Source: a bacterium (lineage in GTDB: Bacteria; Babelota; Babeliae; Babelales; JAUWHS01). From it: a stretch of 54,614 nucleotides of DNA. Of this stretch, positions 28,217 to 37,528 are shown in pieces. Under the pieces are notes generated by a model, which worked only from the letters and a program-made list of their open reading frames with translations, had not been told where the DNA came from and searched no databases. Position 1 is the first letter of the stretch; each line of letters begins with the position of its first letter. The position numbers and the translations under genes were made by a program. The stretch is taken from the NCBI GenBank assembly GCA_043818275.1, contig JBDRFY010000069.1:1-54614 (forward strand). The letters run 5' to 3'.

Positions 28217-29701
28217 ATGAAATCAATAAAAAAAATATTTAGCTTATTTCTTCTGATTCCTGTTTATCTAAACACATCAACAAAAACATTTTTTATGCAA
28301 CGACCAATTCAGCAAGATGCGGTCATGCAAAACGCAATGAATCTGGAATTTTTAAGTTCCGCCGCAATGCAATACAAAAAAGATTCTACAACAAATTGCG
28401 GATTCATATTATCGGGAAATGTATTTTATGAAGAATCAACAAATAGCTCTGATATAACCAAATATTTTTTTCCAACCGATAAAACGGAACTTGTCGTTGC
28501 CGGAAACACATCTGGAATAGCACGTGATGATATAGACATCGCGGCCGAATGGTTGAACATAAAAAACTGGGATCAGGATGATTTAAAAACTGATTACAAT
28601 TCAAAAATAAGTATTGATCCTAAATTTAAAATGTTTGGTGTAAATCTGCAAATTCATAAAGGGCTGAAATTTTTCAGTAAAAATTTTTGGCTAACAATTA
28701 TTCTGCCATTTCTACAAAAAGAAACTGATTTAAATTTACAGGAATATGATATAAAAAATCCACCAACACTTCCTCCGCTTAATGTACCAAGAGTAAGAAC
28801 CACAGGCGCACTGGATTTTTTTCAGACTTCTTATTTAAAATATTCAAAAATTAAAAATGGCGTTAATAAACTGGCGGGTCTTGCAGATATTAATTTAAAA
28901 CTTAGTTATTTTTTCAGAAATAAAAAATCCTGGGCTCTTGCTTTTTATCCTCAATTAACAATACCAACAGGATACAAACCAACAGCTGTAAATCTTTTTG
29001 AACCAATAATCGGAAATGGTAAACACTGGGCCCTTGGCGCGGGAATAAACTGGCAATCGGAAATATTTGATGAAGATAATAGCGTTTTAAGCATTCTTTT
29101 AAATATCGATTACAACTATTTATTTGAAAACACACAACCAAGAACATTTGACTTAAAAGAAAATGGTCCTTGGAGCAGATATACAAGAATTACCGACATT
29201 GACAACACAACTATAAATTCCACACCGGCAAATCTTTTAACTCAAAATTTAAAGGTCACACCGGAATCAGTCGTGAATTTACTTTTAGCACTTCATTTCA
29301 GCAAAAATGATTTTGTTAATATTGAATTTGGTTATAACTTCTGGTGGAAAGACAAAGAAAAAATCAAATTAAAAAATGAATGGATTGAAAATATGGCTTT
29401 ACTTAAAATAAATGGAAATGGCGTCTCAACAAATCAAACGATATCAAAAACTACAATCGCCACAGATCCTGTTAACGAACAAGCTGACACGACAAAAACT
29501 CCTATAAAATTTGAAGATTTAAATTTTGATTCAGTAACACATCCTTCAACGCTTTCAAACAAAATTTATTTATCTTTGGGAATTGAAGGTAACTGGAAAT
29601 TTAATATTTTCCAGACAAATCTGGGCGCGTCGTATGAATTTGGAGATACAAAAGCCTTATCTTCCTGGGGAATCTGGCTGCAAGGCAATCTTTATATTTA
29701 A
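28217..29701 (+). CDS. Putative outer-membrane beta-barrel protein
   Basis: Signal peptide; many alternating amphipathic strands (NLKLSYFF, WALGAGINW, NIEFGYNFWW, NLGASYEF); C-terminal strand WGIWLQGNLYI. Confidence 0.6.
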   Translation: MKSIKKIFSLFLLIPVYLNTSTKTFFMQRPIQQDAVMQNAMNLEFLSSAAMQYKKDSTTNCGFILSGNVFYEESTNSSDITKYFFPTDKTELVVAGNTSGIARDDIDIAAEWLNIKNWDQDDLKTDYNSKISIDPKFKMFGVNLQIHKGLKFFSKNFWLTIILPFLQKETDLNLQEYDIKNPPTLPPLNVPRVRTTGALDFFQTSYLKYSKIKNGVNKLAGLADINLKLSYFFRNKKSWALAFYPQLTIPTGYKPTAVNLFEPIIGNGKHWALGAGINWQSEIFDEDNSVLSILLNIDYNYLFENTQPRTFDLKENGPWSRYTRITDIDNTTINSTPANLLTQNLKVTPESVVNLLLALHFSKNDFVNIEFGYNFWWKDKEKIKLKNEWIENMALLKINGNGVSTNQTISKTTIATDPVNEQADTTKTPIKFEDLNFDSVTHPSTLSNKIYLSLGIEGNWKFNIFQTNLGASYEFGDTKALSSWGIWLQGNLYI

Positions 29702-29710
29702 GGAATAACA

Positions 29711-30133
29711 ATGTTAAAAAATAAAATAATTTCTTTAACTTTTATATTCTTTCTATCGCTAATTTATTTTCAGAAAACAAATGCTGGAAGAATCAGACAA
29801 AAAACAAAAAATATTGATTTAATAAAAGAAGAAGTACAAAAAGAAACAAAACAACAAGCAATATCAATTGTTAAAGAACTTGAACAACAACTTGCCCAGG
29901 AAAGCAAAGCGCAAATGGAATTAATGTCGAATCAAATGAAAAAAGAATTTAAAAATGTTTTAGATAATTTGCAGGAACAAATAAAAAACAAACTTACGCT
30001 CGCATCCCAAAAAGAACTCAATTACGAACTGGAGCTCCATGAAGCAAAAAAACTTTTAACAACTAAAAAGAAAAATAAATTAGATAAGGAGTTGCAAGAA
30101 ATTACACAAAATAAAAGGAATGTGGGATGGTAA
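29711..30133 (+). CDS. Small exported coiled-coil protein
   Basis: AAGGA RBS; signal peptide ending TNA; Gln/Glu/Lys heptads; overlaps the next start. Confidence 0.65.
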   Translation: MLKNKIISLTFIFFLSLIYFQKTNAGRIRQKTKNIDLIKEEVQKETKQQAISIVKELEQQLAQESKAQMELMSNQMKKEFKNVLDNLQEQIKNKLTLASQKELNYELELHEAKKLLTTKKKNKLDKELQEITQNKRNVGW

Positions 30134-33084
30134 AATTGAAAAAAATTTTTTTAATATTTTTACTTTTTTTTCCATCTTTAAAATCATTTGAAGTTGTATC
30201 TAAAGAAATGCAAGAATTACAAAAAATACTTGCTGAAAAAAAAAGTAAATTACAAGCAGGCGAACAAATTTATATTGGAAAAAAACCTGAACCTGGCGTT
30301 GGAACTGGAGCCGGTGTTGGAACTGGATCCGGAGTTGGTGCTGGAGCCGGAGTTGGAGGACCTGAAGCTGTAATCTCTAGAAAGCCAACAAAAAAACCTG
30401 TCGTTAAACCTGAAAAAAAAGAATTAACTCAAAATGAAAAAAACATCCTACAAACAGAAATCATTAAAATATTTAAAGATGTCAGAACAGAAAATTTAAT
30501 ATTTTTATCTTCTAACGGGGATAGCAAAAATCCTCCAAATCCTCTGCGGCAAACAATAAATAAAATAAAAGAAATTAAAAATGTTAATGACTGGTATCTC
30601 GAAAAAATCATTGAACGATTGAATGCAATACCTAATTTTTTGAAAATCGAAAGTTTAAAACTTTTTAAATTTAAAAATAATGTTTTTGAAAAAGGAAAAG
30701 AATTAGATAACACAATTAATCTCATTTTAAATTTGTTTAAAGATTTTGTGGCAAATTTTAGCTCCATTAAAATTGAATTAACAAAAAATCAATCTGATTA
30801 CGATCTTCAATCCTCAATTGTATCATTTATAATAAATGCAAAGGCATATGAAAAATCTCAAAAAAATTTATCCGAAACAGATAGAGCGCAAACTTTATCT
30901 GATGATACATTAATCTTACTTTTCAAAAGCATTAATGATTCAATTAAAAAAGATCCGGATGATCAAAATATAAGAAATATTTTTTTCAATTTTTTAAATA
31001 TTTTAAGAATGAGTGATGAATTTGTAAAATCTCAAGATTCATTATTCAAACAAGGAACTGGACCAACAGGAGCACCCGCAGTAATGCTTATCGCTTTAAA
31101 CCAACCAACGCCTACTATTAATCTTGCAACATTTTTAAATTCCTTAAAACAATGCTTTAACAATCCTGGTAAGGCGATTAAAGATCTTAAAACAGAATTA
31201 TCAGGTAAAACTGATTCTACAGACCAAGAAGCATTTGAAACCTTGTTTAATTTTTTGGTTGCAAAGAAAGAAGCTGGGACTGAAGAAGAAAAAGAAATAA
31301 AAGAATTGATTGAAGAAATAGAAAGAAAAAGATCTCTACCAGAAGAACAAAAACAAAAAAAAGAAGCTCTAATTGCCATGCAAACAATGTTTGAAGAAGC
31401 TAAATTAGAAAGAAAATTACAACCCAAAATACAAGATTTAATAAACAAAATTTCAAAAATAGAAAAAATTGAAACGTTAGAAACAATATTAAGCGAATTG
31501 AAAAGCTATTATGAAATACTTCAATTGACGGAAAAAGAGGAAAGTGTAAGCAATATTTTCAATTCGATTAATTCAATAAAGGCGAATCCTCTAATCGAAA
31601 TAAACCAGGTTATTGAAGAAATATCTAAGGAATTTCAATCTATTAATCCAAAAATTACAATTTCAACAAAACTCACAGAAGCTTTCGTAAATTTATATAT
31701 AAAGCATATTTTTCTTTTAATGATTCCCAAATATCATTACGAATTATTAAAAAATATCTGGTATTATTTGCCTGATTTAATAAAAGAAAATCTTACAGAA
31801 GAAGAAAAACGATCTTTAAATCTAAATTATGATAAGCTTCAAACGGAAAATATTTATTCAATAAATTTAAATCGAAATCAATTAATAACTCAAATTACAA
31901 ATTTGCTTGAAATAGACAAAATTCAGAATAAGGATTTAAAAGAAAAAATTATAAATTTCACCAATCTCGCGCTTAACACAATATGCAATTTAATTTTAGG
32001 ATTAGAAGTTGATGGAAAAACATTTGAAGATTTTATTATTGAAAAAGCAAGCTTGATTCCTTTAAAACGAGCTCAAAACGTGTTCTTAATATCCTTTTAC
32101 AATTATCCCTGGTTATTTGGACTAAAATCTATTAAGCCAATAATTGGCATCGAATATAAAAATATTGAACCATTTTTTAAATTTATTAATCCATACGGAT
32201 TACTTCTTTTAATTCTGCAAGCTGCAACATCTGATAATGCAAATTTATTCGGTGAACAAAGCTCATTATTCAAAATGTTAAAATATTTTGAAACAAAACA
32301 AACAACTCCAATAGAAACAATTAAACTTTTTATTGAAAAAGCAACACTTCCATTTAAGGACGATGAATTTAAAGATTTAAAAAATTTGGTTCCCCCAAAC
32401 AATCAATTACCTGAATACAGTATTTATTTAGCAACTTCGCAGTACATTTCTGATGCCATAAAAGCTTTAGAAGAATATGATGTTGAAAACTTTGTACTCA
32501 ACCTAAAAAAATATCTTCAGGAAACAAGTCTTTCATTTTTTGAGTTTGAAAAAAATTTAGCAACTGAATTGCAAAAAAAGTTAGAAGGATTAAAAACAAA
32601 AAAATCGGAGTCAGATGAAGATATCGATGAGGCTTTTAAATTCTTACTTATAACAGAACCACCAAAAGAAATCCAAAAAATAGTCACCGCAAAAAAAGCT
32701 GAATCAGAAAAAACAACTGTCGAAACTCTCCCAAAACGTGTTGGCTTTTCATTGGAAGACCTTAAGAAACAACAAGCAGAAAGAGGAAGAATCCAAAAGG
32801 AAGGAACAGCTGAAGAAAAAGCAAAACTTAGAAAAACGCCAACGGGAGAAAGAGAAAAATTGTTAGAAGAAATCACAAAACAAAAAGAAACAGAAGAAGA
32901 AATTCAAAAAAAACGATTGGAAGCATTTAAAAAAACTGAAAAGACAAGACTAGAAAAAATAAAACGACTTGAGAAAGAAGAAACTGAAAGACAACGCACC
33001 GAAGCCGAACAAAAAAGTCAGAGACCTCTAACTAGACCAACTAGACTACCACCACAACCACCTACCACAACTTCTGTCATATAA
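30127..33084 (+). CDS. Large exported helical protein with Gly-rich linker, charged coiled coil and Pro-rich tail (effector-like)
   Basis: Signal peptide; GVGTGAGVGTGSGVGAGAGVGG (30295-30360); ends RPLTRPTRLPPQPPTTTSVI. Confidence 0.7.
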   Translation: MVKLKKIFLIFLLFFPSLKSFEVVSKEMQELQKILAEKKSKLQAGEQIYIGKKPEPGVGTGAGVGTGSGVGAGAGVGGPEAVISRKPTKKPVVKPEKKELTQNEKNILQTEIIKIFKDVRTENLIFLSSNGDSKNPPNPLRQTINKIKEIKNVNDWYLEKIIERLNAIPNFLKIESLKLFKFKNNVFEKGKELDNTINLILNLFKDFVANFSSIKIELTKNQSDYDLQSSIVSFIINAKAYEKSQKNLSETDRAQTLSDDTLILLFKSINDSIKKDPDDQNIRNIFFNFLNILRMSDEFVKSQDSLFKQGTGPTGAPAVMLIALNQPTPTINLATFLNSLKQCFNNPGKAIKDLKTELSGKTDSTDQEAFETLFNFLVAKKEAGTEEEKEIKELIEEIERKRSLPEEQKQKKEALIAMQTMFEEAKLERKLQPKIQDLINKISKIEKIETLETILSELKSYYEILQLTEKEESVSNIFNSINSIKANPLIEINQVIEEISKEFQSINPKITISTKLTEAFVNLYIKHIFLLMIPKYHYELLKNIWYYLPDLIKENLTEEEKRSLNLNYDKLQTENIYSINLNRNQLITQITNLLEIDKIQNKDLKEKIINFTNLALNTICNLILGLEVDGKTFEDFIIEKASLIPLKRAQNVFLISFYNYPWLFGLKSIKPIIGIEYKNIEPFFKFINPYGLLLLILQAATSDNANLFGEQSSLFKMLKYFETKQTTPIETIKLFIEKATLPFKDDEFKDLKNLVPPNNQLPEYSIYLATSQYISDAIKALEEYDVENFVLNLKKYLQETSLSFFEFEKNLATELQKKLEGLKTKKSESDEDIDEAFKFLLITEPPKEIQKIVTAKKAESEKTTVETLPKRVGFSLEDLKKQQAERGRIQKEGTAEEKAKLRKTPTGEREKLLEEITKQKETEEEIQKKRLEAFKKTEKTRLEKIKRLEKEETERQRTEAEQKSQRPLTRPTRLPPQPPTTTSVI

Positions 33085-33096
33085 AAAGGACTAAAA

Positions 33097-33975
33097 ATGA
33101 AATTTAAAAATTTAACAAAATTTTTTATATTATTTTTAATGCTCTCCCAAAACATTTCAGCTCAACCTCCTCCCCCACCACCACCTGCGCCACCAGCTCC
33201 TCCTGCGCCACCACCACCAGGCGCACCAGCAGCCCCTGGAATGCCTTCAATAAAACCAACAATTAAAAAAGATGTGTGGAATGAAAAATTAAAAAAGCGT
33301 TACAAAAACATTTTTCAAGCTTTATCCAAAAACATAATCATTCAAGCCTTAGGTAACATAAAAGAAACGCTAACTAAATTAAATAGCGGTGAGATAACAA
33401 TTCCTGAATTAGATAAATTAGGTGAAGGAGAAGGTAAAGTTCAAACCCGACAAGAAATCCAAATAGTTTACAACGCACTAAAAAATAAATTTGATGAAAT
33501 TATTTCTGATCTTGACAAGGTCAAAATTGAAATCGATGAAGAAAATGATACTGCTTACATTAAACCCTATTCTTTTGATGTTGATGAAATAGATCGAAAA
33601 ATGGCTACTTGTTGGTATCAATTAGAAAGTAAACTTGAAGAAAAAATTACAAATAAAACTCAACGAAATTTATATGTAGAAAAAATAACAACCTTTATTG
33701 ATGAAAATTTTAATATTCCAATCAGCAAACTCACAGTAAATATAAAAACAACTGAAAAAGAAGCCTCTGCCGCTGCAACAATTCAACGGGTAGCAAGGGG
33801 ATATCTCGGCAGAGAAGAAACTAAAAAAAGAAAAGAAGAAAAAGAACAAGAAGAACTTCAAAAAGAACAAAAACAACGTCAAGAATTTGTAAGAACAGGA
33901 TTGGAAAAAGCGAAACTATCAAAAGCTCTAAAACGTAGGCCTCCTACAAAAAAAAGGAAGAACAATGATGATTAA
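33097..33975 (+). CDS. Exported poly-proline and IQ-motif protein (effector-like)
   Basis: Signal peptide ending ISA; PPPPPPPAPPAPPAPPPP; AAATIQRVARGYLGR fits IQxxxRGxxxR; basic tail KRRPPTKKRK. Confidence 0.75.
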   Translation: MKFKNLTKFFILFLMLSQNISAQPPPPPPPAPPAPPAPPPPGAPAAPGMPSIKPTIKKDVWNEKLKKRYKNIFQALSKNIIIQALGNIKETLTKLNSGEITIPELDKLGEGEGKVQTRQEIQIVYNALKNKFDEIISDLDKVKIEIDEENDTAYIKPYSFDVDEIDRKMATCWYQLESKLEEKITNKTQRNLYVEKITTFIDENFNIPISKLTVNIKTTEKEASAAATIQRVARGYLGREETKKRKEEKEQEELQKEQKQRQEFVRTGLEKAKLSKALKRRPPTKKRKNNDD

Positions 33976-34633
33976 AAAAAGTTTATTATTAATTAGTTTT
34001 CTCTTCCTAAAACAATTAAATTGTTTTGATGTCATTTCATCTGAAATGCAGGAACTATTAAAAAATAAAATTAATCCTGATGAAAAAATTGAAGCGCTAA
34101 AAAATGTAGAAGCCGAAAATCAGAACCTGATAAAAGAGATACAAAAATTAAAAAATGAAATGGAAGAAAACAAAGAAATTCTAAGTATATTACAAAAAAT
34201 AACCGCTGATCCTGAAATGGGCAACCTGGAAAAAGAGCTGACAGAATTAAAAAAAATCAGGGAAGAACTCGAAAAAGCAAATATTGAAAAAAACACACAG
34301 ATACGACAATTACAAAGAGAAATAGATAAAATTAAATTAGAAAATCAGCAATTAAATTCGTTTAAGGAAGAACTCGAAAAATTAAAGGTTGAAAAAGAAG
34401 AATTGGAAAAACAATTAGAAGAACAAAATGATAAAAAACAAACTTCAGTAAATAAGCTTGTTGGTAAACTTGAAAAAATGAATGTTGATCAAAAATATAT
34501 TGAAAAAATGAAACAAAAACTGACAAGAAGCCCTGAAATAGAAGAAGAATATAACAATATGATTGGAAATTTATTAACCAAAACACTGCGCAGTATTCCT
34601 ATAGAATATTTACTTGAAGATTTGGCAGAATAA
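33965..34633 (+). CDS. Exported long coiled-coil protein
   Basis: Signal peptide; continuous heptads; mature N-terminus FDVISSEMQEL similar to the 30127 protein. Confidence 0.7.
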   Translation: MMIKKSLLLISFLFLKQLNCFDVISSEMQELLKNKINPDEKIEALKNVEAENQNLIKEIQKLKNEMEENKEILSILQKITADPEMGNLEKELTELKKIREELEKANIEKNTQIRQLQREIDKIKLENQQLNSFKEELEKLKVEKEELEKQLEEQNDKKQTSVNKLVGKLEKMNVDQKYIEKMKQKLTRSPEIEEEYNNMIGNLLTKTLRSIPIEYLLEDLAE

Positions 34634-34649
34634 AAAAATCATACGTTAT

Positions 34650-34703
34650 TTAACAAAAAAAGACTCAACTAATTTGATTAGATTGAGTCTTTTTTTTTGT
34701 TAA
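34650..34703. terminator. Intrinsic terminator closing the 28217-34633 operon
   Basis: TTAACAAAAAAAGACTCAA ... TTGAGTCTTTTTTTTTGTTAA inverted repeat. Confidence 0.75.
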
Positions 34704-34768
34704 TGTAAATTTAAATGCTATAAATTAATTAAAAATAAAATAAAATTTTGATTTTCAAAGGATTTAAA

Positions 34769-35902
34769 ATGTTACAACTTCAACTTTCCGGTATAAAAAA
34801 AATTGAAGCGTTTATTCAGCAACAGGATAATTCCATATCATTATCACAAGGAGCTTTGCGGGTTGGCGGTATACCACAAAAAATTAAAAATCATGTCAAA
34901 GAATTACTAACTACAGATAAAACCGACTACTATCAAAGCGCATGGGGAATTTTACCGCTACGTGAAAAAATTCAGACAACACTAAATAATAAATACAAAA
35001 TCAATTTAAAAATTAATCAGATAATAGCAACTCATGGATGTATTGGCGCATTATCAAATATCTTTTTAACCCTTCTTGAACCGGGTGACGAAGTAATAAT
35101 TCCTGAACCAACCTATCCGGCCTACGAAAATCTGACAAAACTTGCAAGATCTAATCCTATTTTTGTTTCATGCATAAATGAAAAAGAAAATATTGAATTT
35201 GACATTGAAAAAATAAAAAAATCCGTAACTAAAAAAACTAAAATTATAATAATCCCAAACCCATGGAATCCATTAGGTCTTGTTGTTGAAGATGAAAAAA
35301 TCAAAGAACTTCTTGAATGGTGTGAAAAAAAACAAATTTATCTGATAATAGACGAAGCTTATGTTGATTACCGGTTTAAATTGCCAGATGAATCATCTGT
35401 AAAATTAATCAATGAATCTGAATATCTGATTTCATGTTTTACGTTTTCAAAAAATATGGCTATGAGTGGCTGGCGAGTTGGATTTGTCATTGTACCGGAA
35501 AAACTTTATTTAAGTATAGGTCAGACACAAGATGCTTTTTTAAATTGCACATCAGTTGTCGCGCAATACGCCGCGCTCTATTCCCTTGATCACCCGGAAT
35601 TAACACTGGAATTTTATAAAAAAGTAAAAGAAAACGCCGATTTTTCGGAAAAAATGCTTCAGCCATTAGTTGAAAAAAATATAATAACTTTTCAAAAACC
35701 GGATGGCGGTTTTTTTCTTTTTTTAAAATCGATAAAATATGATGCCACAGATCTTTGCGCGAAAATTTTGACTGAAAAAAAGGTCGGTTTAATCCCCGGT
35801 CAATATTTTGGGCCAAGTGGTAAAAATTTTATACGTTTGTGCTACGCCAGAGAAAAAACGGTTTTGCAAGCAGGCATTCAACGAATTTTGGAAATATTTT
35901 AG
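34769..35902 (+). CDS. PLP-dependent aminotransferase class I/II
   Basis: GDEVIIPEPTYPAY, PNPWNPLG, IIDEAY, SKNMAMSGWRVG with the PLP lysine; ATG 34769 after AAGGA. Confidence 0.93.
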   Translation: MLQLQLSGIKKIEAFIQQQDNSISLSQGALRVGGIPQKIKNHVKELLTTDKTDYYQSAWGILPLREKIQTTLNNKYKINLKINQIIATHGCIGALSNIFLTLLEPGDEVIIPEPTYPAYENLTKLARSNPIFVSCINEKENIEFDIEKIKKSVTKKTKIIIIPNPWNPLGLVVEDEKIKELLEWCEKKQIYLIIDEAYVDYRFKLPDESSVKLINESEYLISCFTFSKNMAMSGWRVGFVIVPEKLYLSIGQTQDAFLNCTSVVAQYAALYSLDHPELTLEFYKKVKENADFSEKMLQPLVEKNIITFQKPDGGFFLFLKSIKYDATDLCAKILTEKKVGLIPGQYFGPSGKNFIRLCYAREKTVLQAGIQRILEIF

Positions 35903-35957
35903 GTATTTTTTCATAGAGCTTAACTAAACTATAAAATTGGAAAAATAAGGATTTGTT

Positions 35958-37520
35958 ATGAAACAACCGCCAATCGGAATTCAGACATTTGAAAAAATAA
36001 TAAAAGATGATTATTTGTATGTGGATAAAACAAAACAAATTTATGACATCATAACAACAGGAACAACATATTTCATTTCACGTCCACGCAGATTCGGAAA
36101 ATCATTACTTTGTTCTACGTTAGAACAAATATTTAAAGGCAATAAAGAATTATTCAAAAATTTATGGATTTATGATTCAGACTATCAATGGGAATCGCAT
36201 CCGGTAATACGGATAGATATGTCAAAAATAAGACTCAACAACACCGAAGATTTTGAAAAAAAATTATTTAATCAAATGAGAGAAATCGCAAAAGATAATA
36301 ACATTGACTATACAGACTACAATTCACCTGAAGAATTGCTATCTGCGATAATCAAAAATATGTCCAAAAAAAACAAGGTCGTAATTATTGTTGATGAATA
36401 TGACAAACCAATTCTTGATCATATAACAAATACACAAATCGCTGAAAAAGTCAGAAATATATTAAAATCTTTTTATGGCCAATTTAAAACTTTGGACGAA
36501 TATTTAAAATTTATATTTTTGACCGGTGTCACCAGATTTTCAAAAATGTCCGTTTTTTCCGGATTAAATAATTTAAGAGATCTTACGTTTAATGAAAAAG
36601 CTGCAACTTTGTTTGGCTATACTCAAAAAGAACTGGAATTTTATTTCGAAGAACGGATAAAAATTTGCGTGACAAAACAAAAAACTTCAAAAAAGCAGAT
36701 CCTTTTACAATTAAAAGACTGGTATAACGGTTATAGTTTTGTTGATGGAAAACAGAAAGTATATAATCCTTTTTCGATATTGCTCTCACTTGATGATTAC
36801 AAATTCAAAAATTACTGGTTTGAAACAGGAACTCCAACTTTTCTGGTAAACATGATCAGAGAAAAAAATTTTGATTATACCGACCCAAAATCTTTTGAAG
36901 CAACAGAATTACAACTGGGAAATTTTGATATAAATAACATAAATTTAAAAACGTTACTTTTTCAGACCGGATATCTGACTATAGATAGTTATGACCAGTC
37001 ATTAAGAAAATACCATCTAAAATATCCAAACAACGAAGTTGAAGAATCACTGTTGGAAGTTTTACTGGAATCCTTTTCAGGAATAGATGCTGTAATTTCA
37101 GATGATACAATTATAGAAATTACAAATGCATTGATGAAAAATGATTTAAATCAGTTTCGCGAAATTATATATAATTTTTTTGCCTCAATGCCATACACAA
37201 TTCAGATAAATCATGAAAAATATTATCAGTCAATTTTTTACACACTATTGCGATTATTAAATATTCGGATAAAAGTTGAAGTTGCAACAAATACTGGACG
37301 AATAGATTCGGTCGTTCAGATTAAAGATTTTATTTATATCTTTGAATTTAAGATTGATAAAAGCTCGACTGAAGCATTACAACAAATTGAAGACAAAAAA
37401 TATTATCAAAAATTTATGTCCTCCAAATATAAAGATAAAAAAATAATTATTGTCGGCGTAAATTTCGATACAAAACAAAAAAACATTTCTGATTTTTCTT
37501 TTAAAACAATTAAAAAATAG
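35958..37520 (+). CDS. AAA-ATPase-like protein with C-terminal PD-(D/E)XK nuclease domain
   Basis: PIGIQTF..I...YLYVDKT, RPRRFGKS, DEYDKP, YWFETGTP, GRID...IFEFK...ALQQI. Confidence 0.92.
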   Translation: MKQPPIGIQTFEKIIKDDYLYVDKTKQIYDIITTGTTYFISRPRRFGKSLLCSTLEQIFKGNKELFKNLWIYDSDYQWESHPVIRIDMSKIRLNNTEDFEKKLFNQMREIAKDNNIDYTDYNSPEELLSAIIKNMSKKNKVVIIVDEYDKPILDHITNTQIAEKVRNILKSFYGQFKTLDEYLKFIFLTGVTRFSKMSVFSGLNNLRDLTFNEKAATLFGYTQKELEFYFEERIKICVTKQKTSKKQILLQLKDWYNGYSFVDGKQKVYNPFSILLSLDDYKFKNYWFETGTPTFLVNMIREKNFDYTDPKSFEATELQLGNFDINNINLKTLLFQTGYLTIDSYDQSLRKYHLKYPNNEVEESLLEVLLESFSGIDAVISDDTIIEITNALMKNDLNQFREIIYNFFASMPYTIQINHEKYYQSIFYTLLRLLNIRIKVEVATNTGRIDSVVQIKDFIYIFEFKIDKSSTEALQQIEDKKYYQKFMSSKYKDKKIIIVGVNFDTKQKNISDFSFKTIKK

Positions 37521-37528
37521 AAAAACTT

